From assembly GCA_951406725.2 (NCBI GenBank), contig OX597833.1, forward strand, positions 55,180,001 through 55,244,000: DNA of 64,000 nt. The letters are read 5' to 3'. Under the pieces are notes generated by a model that saw only the letters and a list, made by a program, of their open reading frames with translations, was not told the DNA's origin and ran no database searches. The stretch is from Octopus vulgaris. Lineage: Eukaryota. Below are positions 35,503-47,795 of the stretch, piece after piece. A program made the translations under genes and the position numbers. The number at the start of each line of letters is the position of its first letter. Positions within the stretch are counted from its first letter, which is position 1.

Positions 35503-37000
35503 CCTAGGACTACAATATTCAAATATGTCCTTAATTTTTAAGACAGTAGGCTATGACTTTTAGAGAGATTTGGTTGTTAATTCTAGCAGGTTGAGTATTC
35601 ACATAAATCTCCGTCGTTGGCTCAAAACACACATATTTCTTCCTCCGTAACTTTCTGGAAAAATATAAGATCTAGGCCTAGATTATCCAATATGTTCTAT
35701 ATTTTTTTAAGACAGTAGGCTATGACTTTTAGAGAGATTTGGTTGTTAATTCTAGCAGGTTGAGTATTCACATAAATCTCCGTCGTTGGCTCAAAACACA
35801 CATATTTCTTCCTCCGTAACTTTCTGGAAAAATAAAGATCTAGGCCTAGATTATCCAATATGTTCTATATTTTTTTAAGACAGTAGGCTATGATTTTTAG
35901 AGAGATTTGGTTGTTATTTCTAGCAGGTTGAGTAATCATATAAATCTCCGTTGTTGGCTCAAAACACACATTTATCTTTCTTCTCTGTAACTTTCTGGAA
36001 AAGTAAAAGATCTAGAACTACTTGATTCAATGTTCTTTATTTTTTTAAGACAGTAGGGTATGATTTTTTTACAGAGATTTGGTTGTTATTTCTAGCAGGT
36101 TGAATAGTCACATAAATCTCCATTGTTGGCTCAAAACAAACACATTTATCTTTCTTCTCCGTAACTTTCTGGAAAAATATAAGATCTAGGCCTAGATTAT
36201 CCAATATGTTCTTTATTTTCTTAAGACAGTAGGCTATGATTCATTAGAGAGATTTGGTTGTTATTTCTAGCAGGTTGAGTAATCACATAAATCTCTGTTG
36301 TTGGCTCAAAACACACATTTATCTTTCTTCTCTGTAACTTTCTGGAAAAATATAAGATCTAGGCCTACATTATCCAATATGTTCTTTATTTTTTAAGACA
36401 GTTGGCTATGATTTTTAGAGAGATTTGGTTGTTATTTCTAGCAGGTTGAGTATTCACATAAATCTCCGTTGTTGGCTCAAAACACACATTTATCTTCCTT
36501 TGTAACTTTCTGGAAAAATATAAGATCTACGACTACAATATCCAAATATGTCCTTAACTTTTAAGACAATAGGCTATGATTTTTTGAGAGATTTGGTTGT
36601 TATTTCTAGCAGGTTGAGTATTCACATAAATCTCCATTGTTGGCTCAAAACACATATTTATCTTTCTCCGTAACTTTCTGGAAAAATATAACATCTAGGA
36701 CTACAATATCCAAATATGTCCTTAATTTTTAAGACAGTAGGCTATGATTTTTAGAGAGATTTGGTTGTTATTTCTAGCAAGTTGAATAGTCACATAAATC
36801 TCCGTTGTTGGCTCAAAACACACATTTATTTTTCTCCATAACTTTCTGGAAAAATAAAAGATCTAGAGTTATATGATCCAATGTGTTCTTTATTTTTTAA
36901 GACAGTAGGGTATGACTTTTTTTTTTAGAGATTTGGTTGTTATTTCTAGCAGGTTGAGTAAACACATAAATCTCCGTTGTTGGCTCAAAACACACATTTA
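35503..37000. repeat. Tandem satellite, about 9 x 170 bp
   Basis: Unit CTAG..CTA...TTAAGACAGTAGGCTATGA...GAGATTTGGTTGTTATTTCTAGCAGGTTGAGT...GTTGGCTCAAAACACAC...GTAACTTTCTGGAAAAATATAAGAT, starting near 35503, 35672, 35840, 36012, 36186, 36359, 36527, 36695 and 36863. Confidence 0.95.
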
Positions 37001-37311
37001 GTTAACCTTTCATAATAACTTTCTGGCAGAAGTAAAAGCAGAAGAAATAAAAGACGGCAAAAAACAAAAAAACAAAAGAAAAACTGTCAAAGTGTTGAAG
37101 TGAAATAAAGCTCTTATTCTGAGAAAACTTTTAAAACTTTCTATTCTATAAGAAACATCTGCTCCCACAGAAATGTCTGATCTATGAAACACATGTAGTG
37201 TGGAATACAAAGAGAACAACAATGTATTGATGATGGGGAAGCTATTCATCTGAAATAATGAATCATTTCTTCTTTCAGTCACAGCAATATATATTCGGTG
37301 GATAATTTACA

Positions 37312-38250
37312 GCGATGTCTGTCTTGTATAAACTTCACTTTGGTGACAGATTAATGCTGAAAGATATTTAATTTGTACTTTAGGACTTCTGTAAACTTAC
37401 CAACAGGCCATGAATGTGACACGGTCAGTCGTGTCTTTCTGTTGTTCTGTGTAAAGTGAGATAGCAGAAAACTCTATCTACCATTTTGGGATCTTTTCAG
37501 TTTGAACGAACAGCAGTTTTTTCTAGCGGTGTCATATGAAATTGTCACCCATAATTATGACCCTAGTATCGATCTATTGCATTTCAATCTGTTTTATGGT
37601 TAGGGTTAGGGTTAGGGTGGGGGAAGGGTATTTTTTTTTCTTCACAAATGTAAATAAACCCAATCTGTTTCTTAAACGAGGAACATATTCATACGGCACA
37701 GAATGTTTTTTTTACCTCAATGGACGTCATTGATTGGTTGAAATTGCAGAAATTGAAGAAAAAAGCAACAAATATCTTACATGGCGATGTCTGTCATGTA
37801 TAAACTTCACTTTGGTGACAGATTAATGCTGAAAGATATTTGGTTTGTACTTTTTAGGACTTCGGTTAACTGACCAACAGAACATGAATGTGACACGGTC
37901 AGTCGTGTCTTTCTGTTGTTCTGTGTAAAGTGAGATAGCAGAAAGCTCTCTCTACCATTTTGGGATCTCTTCTGTTTAAACGGCAGTTTTTTTCTAGCGG
38001 TGTCATATGAAATTATCACCCATAATTATGACCCTAGTATCGATCTATTGCATTTCAATCTGTTTTAGGGTTAGGGTTGGGGGTGGGGGGAAGGGCATCT
38101 TTTTTTCTTCAGAAATGTAAATAAACCCAATCTGTTTCTTAAACGAGGGACATATTATTCATACGGCACAGAATGTTTTTTTACCTCAATGGATGTCACT
38201 GATTGGTTGAAATTGCAGAAATTGAAAAAAAAACAATAAATATCTCACAA
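37312..38250. repeat. Tandem duplication, 2 x about 470 bp (host flank plus left part of a MITE)
   Basis: GCGATGTCTGTC.TGTATAAACTTCACTTTGGTGACAG at 37312 and 37784. Confidence 0.9.
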
Positions 38251-38383
38251 ACTATAGAATTTTCTCAATAAAGCCAAGAGAAAAAGATGTTTTATAAACA
38301 CATTCTACCAGTATACGATGTTTAAAATTTTTTAGTTACCTAGAAACTATGTTAAAAACTGCCGTTCAAACCAAAAAGATCCC
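37962..38383. mobile_element. MITE with GGGATC termini, 6-bp TSD and internal (TTAGGG)n
   Basis: TIRs GGGATCTCTTCTGTTTAAACGGCAGTTTTT / AAAAACTGCCGTTCAAACCAAAAAGATCCC; TSD CATTTT (37956-37961 and 38384-38389); truncated copy at 37488-37781. Confidence 0.88.
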
Positions 38384-38649
38384 CATTTTGTTCTGCCAAA
38401 ACATTTAGTTTTTATAAATTTTTGTGTGTGTGTGTGTTTTTTTTTTATTGTTATTGCTTTATTTTTGTTTTCTGATCCAAACATGATAGCTTGGCCATAA
38501 GTTAATGCAGTGCTTTCCAATATTTTGAGGCTGCCAAAACACTTGAATCTTGCTAAAAAACAAGGCAATACACCTAAAATATGCTAAATATGGTTGTTAA
38601 AAATTTAAATACCTGTTCAGGTAAACAGTCAGGTTATCAGAATAAACAC

Positions 38650-39545
38650 GGTGTGGCTGTATGGGTAAGAAACTTGGTTTGCAATCATGTGGTTTTGAGT
38701 TCAGTCCCACTGTGCCCCACCTTAGGGCAAGTGTTTTCTACTATAACTCTGAGCCAATTAATGCCTTGCAAGTAAATTTGATAGATGGAAACTGTATGGA
38801 AGCCTTTCATGCATGTGTGTGTATTTTCGTTTTGAAGCCCCCACCACCAAGCCACATGCTGGACAACTGGTTGCTTACACCTCCGTAAGTTAGCATTTTG
38901 GCAAAAGAGACTGATAGAATAAGTACCAGATTTAAAGAGAAGGGGACATGAAGGGGTGCTGTAAAGTTCCCGGCTTTAAGATTATCGCAAAAGGGCCTGG
39001 TTGGAGGTCCAACCTTCCGAGTTCTTTTACTGGGCTTGGAAAAACTGAAGGGCTCCTGCAATAAGTGTGTGAATATTCTTCTATAATTCCTTAAGTCCTT
39101 TGATTTGGCCATCGACTTTGCCTTTCATCCTTTCGGGGTCGATAAATTAAGTACCAGTTACGCACTGCGGTCGATGTAATCGACTTGATCCCTTTGTCTG
39201 TCCTTGTTTGTCCCCTCTATGTTTAGCCCGTTGTGGGCAATACAGAAATATATTCCTTTATAATTCCTTAAGTCCTTTGATTTGGCCGTCCCGTTCCCTA
39301 AGGGCGGCCACTGGGCCATATATTTCTTATTACTTTTTAAAGATATGTATTAAGTTATAAGATAGAGACAGTACATATGGTAATGAATAAAAACATAATG
39401 AACTGGTCCTTCGGTATTTTCTGTTACCTAAAAACCAGGAACTTTTCAGTATCCTCTTGTAAGTACTGGTGTTGACTTATTTGACTAAAACCCTTGAAGG
39501 TTGTACCACAGGATGTCTGCTGTCCAATGACTGAATCAAGTAAAG
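38650..39545 (+). mobile_element. Old SINE family A split by a mariner-derived element
   Basis: Body at 38650-38940; tail resumes at about 39461 (AAGTACTGGTGTTGACTTATTTGACTAAAA). Confidence 0.7.
38949..39459. mobile_element. Mariner-derived non-autonomous element with nested inserts
   Basis: Imperfect TIRs GAAGGGGTGCTGTAAAGTTCCCGGCTTT / AAAACCAGGAACTTTTCAGTATCCTCTTG-TA; the internal GLEKLKGSCNKCVN resembles the mariner transposase C-terminus. Confidence 0.7.
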
Positions 39546-39769
39546 GTTTTTTTTTTTTGTTTTAACTCTTTATTTATTTTTTTTTTGTCTTTTCTAATAA
39601 CGGCATCTACTCCACTGGAGATCTTGAATATTCAATAGTTGCATCAACTCCATGTTTTAATATTCATTAAATAGAACATATTAAGGGTTTGGTGAGACAC
39701 TAAACATGCACAGGTTAAAACAGTAAGAAAAACATCATAGATAAAAAAAAAAAAAAGATTTCAACCTTA

Positions 39770-39939
39770 GGCGCAGGAGTGGCTGTGTGGTAAGTAGCTT
39801 GCTAACCAACCACATGGTTCCGGGTTCAGTCCCACTGCGTGGCATCTTGGGCAAGTGTCTTCTGCTATAGCCCCGGGCCGACCAATGACTTGTGAGTGGA
39901 TTTGGTAGACGGAAACTGAAAGAAGCCTGTCGTGTATAT

Positions 39940-39977
<38 letters not shown>

Positions 39978-40192
39978 TTGTGTGTCTGTGTTTGTCCCCC
40001 TAGCATTGCTTGACAACCGATGCTGGTGTGTTAACGTCCCCGTCACTTAGCAGTTCGGCAAAAGAGACCGATAGTATAAGTACTGGGCTTACAAAGAATA
40101 AGTCCCGGGGTCGATTTGCTCGACTAAAGGCGGTGCTCCAGCATGGCCGCAGTCAAATGACTGAAGCAAGTAAAAGAGTAAAAGAGAGAGTA
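39770..40192 (+). mobile_element. SINE family A, full length, near consensus
   Basis: GGCGCAGGAGTGGCTGTGTGGTAAGTAGC...GGGTTCAGTCCCACTGCGTGGC...GTAAAAGAGTAAAAGAG. Confidence 0.95.
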
Positions 40193-40425
40193 ACCTGGAA
40201 TAATTTTGCTGCCACCTGTGTAATTGTATGGTTGAGTAATTAATGTTAATTATTAATAGTTGCAATCTATTTCCTGCCGACCACTCAACTGTGGATTCAA
40301 GATAAAACTGGTTTGTAAAGCCAAAGAAAATGAAACATTGGTCAAGGACAGCAAGCAGCTGTTGTGGGTAGGCTTGAAAAACTCAACAACAACTGTTTTT
40401 GTGAATACTCCTCTATAATTCCTCA

Positions 40426-40876
40426 AGGTGGTGGTGAGCTGGCAGAAACGTTAGCACACCGGGTGAAGTGCTTAGCGGTATTTTGTCTGACGTTACATTC
40501 TGAGTTCAAATTCCGCCAAGGTCGACTTTGCCTTTCATCCTTTCGGGGTCGATAAATTAAGTACCAGTTACGCACTGGGGTCAATATAATCAACTTAATA
40601 CCTTTGTCTGTCCTTGTTTGTCCTCTCTGTGTTTAGCCCCTTGTGGGTAGTAAAGAAATAGGTATTTCGTCTGCCATTACATTCTGAGTTCAAATTCTGC
40701 CGAGGTCGACTTTGCCTTTCATCCTTTCTGGATCGATAAATTAAGTACCAGTTACACACTGGGGTCGATTAAATAAGTACCAGTTACGCACTGGGGTCGA
40801 TGTAATCGACTTAATCCTTTTGTCTGTCCTTGTTTGTCCCCTCTATGTTTAGCCCCTTGTGGGCAATAAAGAAATA
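40426..40876 (+). mobile_element. SINE family B: head plus two units
   Basis: GGTGGTGAGCTGGCAGAAACGTTAGC head; flanked by an imperfect direct repeat TCCTCTATAATTCCT.AAG. Confidence 0.9.
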
Positions 40877-41484
40877 GTTTCCTCTATAATTCCTTAAGTC
40901 CTTTGATTTGGCTGTCCCATTCCCTAAGGGCAGCCACTGGGCCATTCATCTCTTATTGCTTTTTAAAGATATGTATTAAGTTATAAGAAAGAGACAGTAC
41001 ATATGGTAATGAAAATAAAATCCACCATAGACAAGTATTATATCTTCTGACCAAAATGCATTTAAATGTTGAAAAAACACAAAAAATGAAATTGTTCAGA
41101 GATTGTAAGTCAGTAGAATGTAATGCATCAAAGCTTTGAAACTTTGTGTTTTGATAGAGGTTTGTGAGTTCAATATTGATTCTCTCTCCTACCTCCCATA
41201 TATATATGTGTATATTATGGAACATTGGATTTTGAAAATCTTTATATAAAGCTGTAAGTAAAAGCATGTAAAATATTGATTTGAAAATTCATCTTTGAGA
41301 TAGAAAAAGTCAGATTCCCATGGGCAGCATTGAACTTTTTCCATCTAAAAGGGTTTCTCATCCCAATATTTACATGCTGTTATTTATAGTTTTATGTGAA
41401 ATCTTTCAAGATTCTATGTTCCAAAAATGAATCGTTTCGCATTTCCCCAAAAGCTTAGAAGATTGTTGTGATGTCAACAGCGTG

Positions 41485-41800
41485 TGTGTGTGTGTGGTAA
41501 GAAGCTTGCTTCCCAACCACATGATTCTGAGTTCAATCCCACTGTGTGGCACCTTAGGCAAGTGTCTTCCACTATAACCTTGGGCTGACCAAAGTTTTAT
41601 GAGTGGATTTGGTAGGCAGGAAGTGAAAGAAGTCCACTGTGTGTGTGTTTACGTCTCCGTAACCTAGCGGTTTGGCAAAAAGAGACCGATAGAATAAGTA
41701 CCAGGCTTACAAAGAATAAGACCTTGGGTCGATTTGGTCGAGTAAAGGCAGTGCTCCAGCATGGCCACAGTCAAATGACTGAAACAAGTAAAAGAGTAAT
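41485..41800 (+). mobile_element. SINE family A with an internal deletion
   Basis: Collinear match lacking part of the middle. Confidence 0.85.
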
Positions 41801-42262
41801 TGCTAAATATTTCTAGTACATATATTGTTGTGGACTGAAGGAGAGGGATCAGCCAGAATGGTTTTCAATCCTGTGTTGAGGTTTCCTCAATATATGAATA
41901 TATTAGGACAAGATGTTGACATTTGTTTCTGCATACAGCGTCAGCTAAAAATCTATAGATGCATTCTGTATCCCTGTATATAGTAAAACACTGTTAAAGA
42001 ATGAGTAATTTTGTGTTTGTGCATGTCAAAGCATCAGTGTCTCAGGATGCCATGCACTAATGAACCAAGTGTGTCGAATGCACTGCCATCCTAAATGGGA
42101 GAAGTTATTCTCCTGTGACATGCACTACGGCAACTAGCATATTTCATGTCTGAACCTGCCTAGACTTGTCGAGAATAAATATGCAAATGACTGATTTAGT
42201 TTTCTTTTTTTTTAAGTTCAAATCTTAGTATTACTAAAAGTTGTGACCTTTGTCTGTCTCTG

Positions 42263-42300
<38 letters not shown>

Positions 42301-42439
42301 CTCTCTCCCTTCCTCTCCCTCTAATGTCTCTCTCTCTCCCTTCCTCCCCCTCTCCCTTCCTCCCCTGTCTCTCTTCTCCATCCCTCTCTTAGTTTTAGGG
42401 GTAATTGAGTATGGAAGTGTATTCTTGATGATGATGATC

Positions 42440-42649
42440 CTTTCTCTATTAACCACAAGGCCTGAAATTTTGGGGGAAGGTTTAAATCAATTACATCACC
42501 CCAATACTCAAGTGGTACTTGATTTATCGACTCCGAAAGGATGAGAGGTTAAGTCGACCTCGACTAAATTTGAACTCGGAACATAAAGACTGACTGAATA
42601 CCACTAAGCATTTTGCCTGGCGTGCTAATGATTCTACCAGCTCACCACC

Positions 42650-42700
<51 letters not shown>

Positions 42701-43022
42701 GTAATAATAATAGTAATAATAATAATAATAATAATAATGATAGTAATAATAATAATAATAATAGTAATAGTAATAATAATAATAGTAATGATAATAATAA
42801 TAGTAATAATAATAATAATGATAATAATAATCCTTTCCACTACAGGCACAAGGCCTAAAAGTTTGGAGTAGAGGGTGGGTACACTGGCCCCAGTACTGAA
42901 CTAGTACTTATTTTATTGACCCTTAAATAACGAGAGGCAAACTCAACCTTGGTGGAATTTGAACTCGACTGACGAAAATGCTTTGTGGCATTTTGTCCAG
43001 CACGTTCATGATTCTGCCATCT
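42440..43022 (-). mobile_element. Two SINE B-related copies separated by an (AAT)n tract
   Basis: CACAAGGCCTGAAATTTTGGGGGA...AATTTGAACTC...CCAGCTCACCACC; (AAT)n at 42651-42831. Confidence 0.7.
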
Positions 43023-43784
43023 CAGAATAAATACCAAGAAAGAAATTCTTAGATAAAACTATAATAGAAAATTTCAATTTAAATGTGGGGGGTTTTAAAA
43101 ATGAGATGTTTTATATCATAGCGCCAAAGGCAGTCCTAGCTGGGTTGGTATCAGCAGGGTTAATTTTTTTTTTTTTATATATATATATATATTTTCTACA
43201 TTCTTTCTAAATTCAAATCTAAGCTTTTCATTTCTCTAGGGGGGTGAGGGTCATTGATATTAAGATCACTGGTCTCAATTTAAGCTAACTATCTACCTCT
43301 TCCTGCAACAAATATTCATGGCCTGTAGCAATGTAAAAAAAAAAGAATGATAAAATGACAAAAAAATCAATATCCATTTGGGTTCTATTAGTGTAGAAAA
43401 TTGGATGTACGGAAAAGTTAAATATAGTGGAAAATTATGATGCATCAATTTCTTACTAGTTTTAATTTATTAAAGCACTTGGATAAGTCGTGTAAAGATA
43501 CGATGTGTTGCTTTCTTCCAATGTACTGTCTGTGCTCTCAACTGTGGTGAATGTCTGTGTGTATGTACATGTGTGTGTGCGTGTGTGTGAAATTTATCCT
43601 CAAACATTCTTTTTTGTATAATGTTATTTTATATGGAAAGTACTCTTCGTCTCTTGTTTTGCATACTCTGACGCACGCGTACCAATTCACCCACTCTCGT
43701 AATCACAGTCTACGATATAAGCACAAAATTAAACACACACATACACATACTCATTTGGTGCACATATATATATAAACATGTAGT

Positions 43785-44706
43785 GGAGGCGCAATGGCCC
43801 AGTGGTTAGGGCAGCGGACTCGCAGTCGTAGGATCGCGGTTTCGATTCCCAGACTGGGCGTTGTGTGTGTTTATTGAGCGAAAACACCTAAAAGCTCCAC
43901 GAGGCTCCGGCAGGGGGTGGTGATCCCTGCTGTACTCTTTCACCACTTTTTCTATCTTCTGTTGGCCTGCACATATATAAACATGTAGTCGAGGCACAAT
44001 GGCCCAGTGGTTAGAGCAGCGGACTCGCAGTCATAGGCTCGCGGTTTCGATTCCCAGACTGGGCGTTGTGTGTGTGTTTATTGAGCGAAAACACCTAAAA
44101 GCTCCATGAGGCTCCAGCAGTGGGGGGGGGGGTGATCCCTGCTGTACTCCTTCACCACTCTTTCTATCTCCTGTTGGCCTGCACATATATAAACATGTAG
44201 TGGAGGCACAATGGCCCAGTGGTTAGAGCAGCGGACTCGCAGTCGTAGGATCGCGGTTTCGATTCCCAGACCGAGCGTTGTGTGTGTGTTTATTGAGTGA
44301 AAACACCTAAAAGCTCCACGAGGCTCTGGCAGGGGGTGGTGATCCCTGCTGTACTCTTTCATCACTCTTTCTATCTTCTGTTGGCCTGCACATATATAAA
44401 CATGTAGTGGAGGCACAGTGGCCCAGTGGTTAGAGCAGTGGACTTGCAGTCGTAGGATCGCGGTTTCGATTCCCAGACCGTGCATTGTGTGTGTGTTTAT
44501 TGAGCGAAAACGCCTAAAAGCTCAACGAGGCTCCGGCAGGGGGTGGTGATCCCTGCTGTACTCTTTCACCACTCTTTCTCCCACTCTTTCTTCTGTTGGC
44601 CTGCTCGCTTAGCCAGCGGGGTGGCGTCGTTCGAAGGCTAAAATAATACGAACGCATTGTGACCAGCGATGTGTAGCAACATCTGATGGTCTGCTCGGTC
44701 ACGTGA
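43785..44706 (+). mobile_element. tRNA-derived SINE family D with its 5' part in four tandem copies
   Basis: Four heads GGAGGCGCAATGGCCCAGTGGTTAG.GCAGCGGACTCGCAGTCGTAGGATCGCGGTTTCGATTCCC about 200-210 bp apart; only the last has the 3' tail; ATATAAACATGTA direct repeat flanks. Confidence 0.92.
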
Positions 44707-45220
44707 TATAAACATGTACATGAAATTAAGCACACACACACATGCACGCACACACACTGTCTCTAGCGTGTATACACACAAGGTGCATATACAAAAGCTT
44801 AAAGAAATCATAAGCTGCTTCATCAAGAATCTACTCACATATATGGGTATGAGAATGGGTGTGTGGTTAAAAAGTGCAGTTCGTAATCTCTTCATTCCAG
44901 GTTCAATCTCACTGTGGGCAACTATTTTTGTCCTTAATCTAACCTCTAGTTGACCAACTCTTTGTAAGTAGACTTTGGTTGGCAGAAACTGTGCAAAACT
45001 CGCATGTGTGTGTAAAAATCAGTAAAGTATTTGAGCATTGATGGAAAAAACTGAAAAAAAAGGAATATTGCTTATATCCAGCCCAAATATTCTACTCATT
45101 TTATGCTCAAACTGGCCAGAGCCAGTATCTCACACCTACCCTGCAATGTCATTCTAAAAATAAACAATTACATCTTTCAAATCTTGAAGCTACAAGATAA
45201 TACCAGATTAATTTTTTAAA

Positions 45221-45757
45221 ATCATCATCATTATCATCATCTTTCGGGGTCTGGTAAGCCATGGAGGCTGCACCAGGCTCTAGTCTGATTTGGCAGTGTT
45301 TCTACTGTTGGATGCCCTTCCTAACGCCAACCGCTCCGTGAGTGTAGTGGGTGATTTTTATGTGCCACCGGCACAGGAGCCAGAGCAGGCTGGCAAATGG
45401 CCACGATCCGATGGTGCTTTTACGTGTCACCGACACGGACGCCAGTCAGGCAACGCTAGTATCTGCCACATTTGAACAGTGCTTTTTACGTGTCACGGGC
45501 ACAGGAGCCAGAGCAGGCTGGCAAATGGCCACGATCGGATGGTGCTTTTACGTGTCACCGACACGGACGCCAGTCAGGCGACGCTAGTATCTGCCACATT
45601 TGAACAGTGCTTTTTACGTGTCACCGGCACAGGAGCCACAGCAGGCTGGCAAATGGCCATGATCAGTTGGTGCTTTACGTGTCACCGACACGGACGCCAG
45701 TCAAGCGACGCTAGTATCTGCCACATTCGAACAGTGCTTTTTACGTGTCACCCGGCA
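45221..45757 (-). mobile_element. Family C with 3 x about 127-bp internal repeats, nested in a P2 MITE (about 45070-45813)
   Basis: GGCACAGGAGCCAGAGCAGGCTGGCAAATGGCCACGATC repeated three times; MITE end AAAGGG-TTAA at 45808-45817. Confidence 0.85.
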
Positions 45758-46208
45758 CTTGTGTTTTAAGAATAAAGATTACTTTTGGCATATTTAGTTT
45801 GAACGCCAAAGGGTTAAACAAAAGCAGTGTATTTCCTCAGAAATATGGTAACAAAAGGGTTAAGACCAATGTCCCTTCAGAACCACAATGTTACAGACAC
45901 TCCTTTGTTATCCTTGCCATCAGAAACTCAAGAGAATCAGTGATTGGCTTGTTAGAGATCCATAACCAGTGGTGTTTTAATTCATCAGCTGCAATATAAA
46001 ATAAATATATTTCAACGTTAATAATTCAGGACATTGTCACCTTCTTCTTCAAATTAATCATACGCATGTTTGTGTTAATGAGTTTCCTTCATAAGAAATG
46101 TATAGTTGGAAGTCTCTGAAGTTAATTACCGTTTTTGTTTTCAGTGTATTGAATAATTGACCCCTGATTTTAGACAGACCAATCTAGTTAGTTTGAAAAT
46201 TTATCACC

Positions 46209-46255
<47 letters not shown>

Positions 46256-46549
46256 TTAGCATCTGTATTCTATGCTGGTATAGGTCAGACAGTTGGATAA
46301 GACCTAAGAGGCCAGAAGATTGTGTCATGCTCCAGTGTCTGCCTTAGCATGGCTTTTCTTTTGTTCGATGCCTCTGCTAATGCCAACCACTTTACAGAGG
46401 GTAGTGGTTGCTATTCTCTGACAAGGGCACTAGTGAAGTCACCCAGTAGCTTGCAAGACAAGACCCCTTGATTGACATGGGTGTGGTCTTGAAAGAGGAG
46501 GCTTGTGAGAGGCAAGGATATGAGGAAAATGCATTCTTTTTTTCTTTTT

Positions 46550-46944
46550 TCTTTTACTTGTTTCAGTCATTTGACTGTGGCCATGCTGGAGCACCACCTT
46601 TTTAGTCGAGCAAATCGACCTCAGGACTTATTCTTTGTAAGCCTAGTACTTATTCTATCGGTGTCTTTTGCCGAACCTCTAAGTTACGGGGACGTAAACA
46701 CACCAGCATCGGTTGTCAAGCGATGTTGGGGGGACAAACACAGACACACATATATATATATATATATATACATATATACGACAGGCTTCTTTCAGTTTCT
46801 GTCTACCAAATCCACTCACAAGGCTTTGGTCGGCCTGAGGCTATAGTAGAAGACACTTGCCCAAGGTGCCATGCAGTGGGACTGAACCCGGAACCATGTG
46901 GTTCATAAGCAAGCTACTTACCACACAGCCACTCCTACGCCTAC
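46550..46944 (-). mobile_element. SINE family A, full length
   Basis: Reverse-complement match to family A. Confidence 0.92.
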
Positions 46945-47019
46945 ATGGTTCCTCCAGCTGGAAATATCACAAAGAAGATTGTGGAGATGAGATGTTAGGA
47001 TATATATCTTATTTTGTCC

Positions 47020-47435
47020 CTTTTACATGTTTCAGTTATTAAACTGTGGCCATGCTGGGGAATTGCCTTGAAGAATGTTTAGTCGAATGAATCAACCTCA
47101 GAACTTTTATTTTAAGACTGGTTCTTATTCTACCATCCTCTTTTGCTGAACTGCTAAGTTACAGGGATGTAAACACATTAACGCTGCTTGTCAAGAGATG
47201 GTGGAGAACAAATACAGTCATATATATATATATACATATATATATATGATTCACCATGATAGATCACTAGCCACTAAACCTTTATTATTTTCTCTCCCTG
47301 TTTATTTCTGTGTTCCTTTCTGTCAAAGAGCATACGCTCAAAACGTAAAAGACTCTCACTTTCTGAGTGTTAAACTAATACATATGTTTGTTGTTTACAT
47401 ATCCATCTTCATCTTTTTTTTTCTGTAAATTCTTA

Positions 47436-47486
<51 letters not shown>

Positions 47487-47759
47487 GATGGTCTTCTTTC
47501 AGTTTCCGTCTACCAAATCCACTCACAACGCTTTGGTCGGCCCGAAGCTATAGTAGAAGACACTTGCTCAAGGTGCTAAGCAGTGGGCCTGAGCCTAGAA
47601 CCATGTGGTTAGGAAACAAATTTCTTACCATGCAGTCACACCTGTCTCTTTTGCTGAACCACTAAGTTACGGGGATGTAAACACACCAGCATCAATTGTC
47701 AAGCGATGTTGGGGGGACAAACACAGACACACACATACATACATACATACATACATACA

Positions 47760-47795
<36 letters not shown>

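Noticed and set aside
35503-37000. Regularly spaced repeats as a possible CRISPR array
   Set aside because: The whole unit is repeated with no unique spacers, the context is eukaryotic and there are no cas genes.
43789-43862. tRNA-like sequences (also the heads of families A and D')
   Set aside because: A/B boxes are present but there is no proper acceptor stem or cloverleaf, and each continues into a SINE body; they are SINE heads, not tRNA genes.
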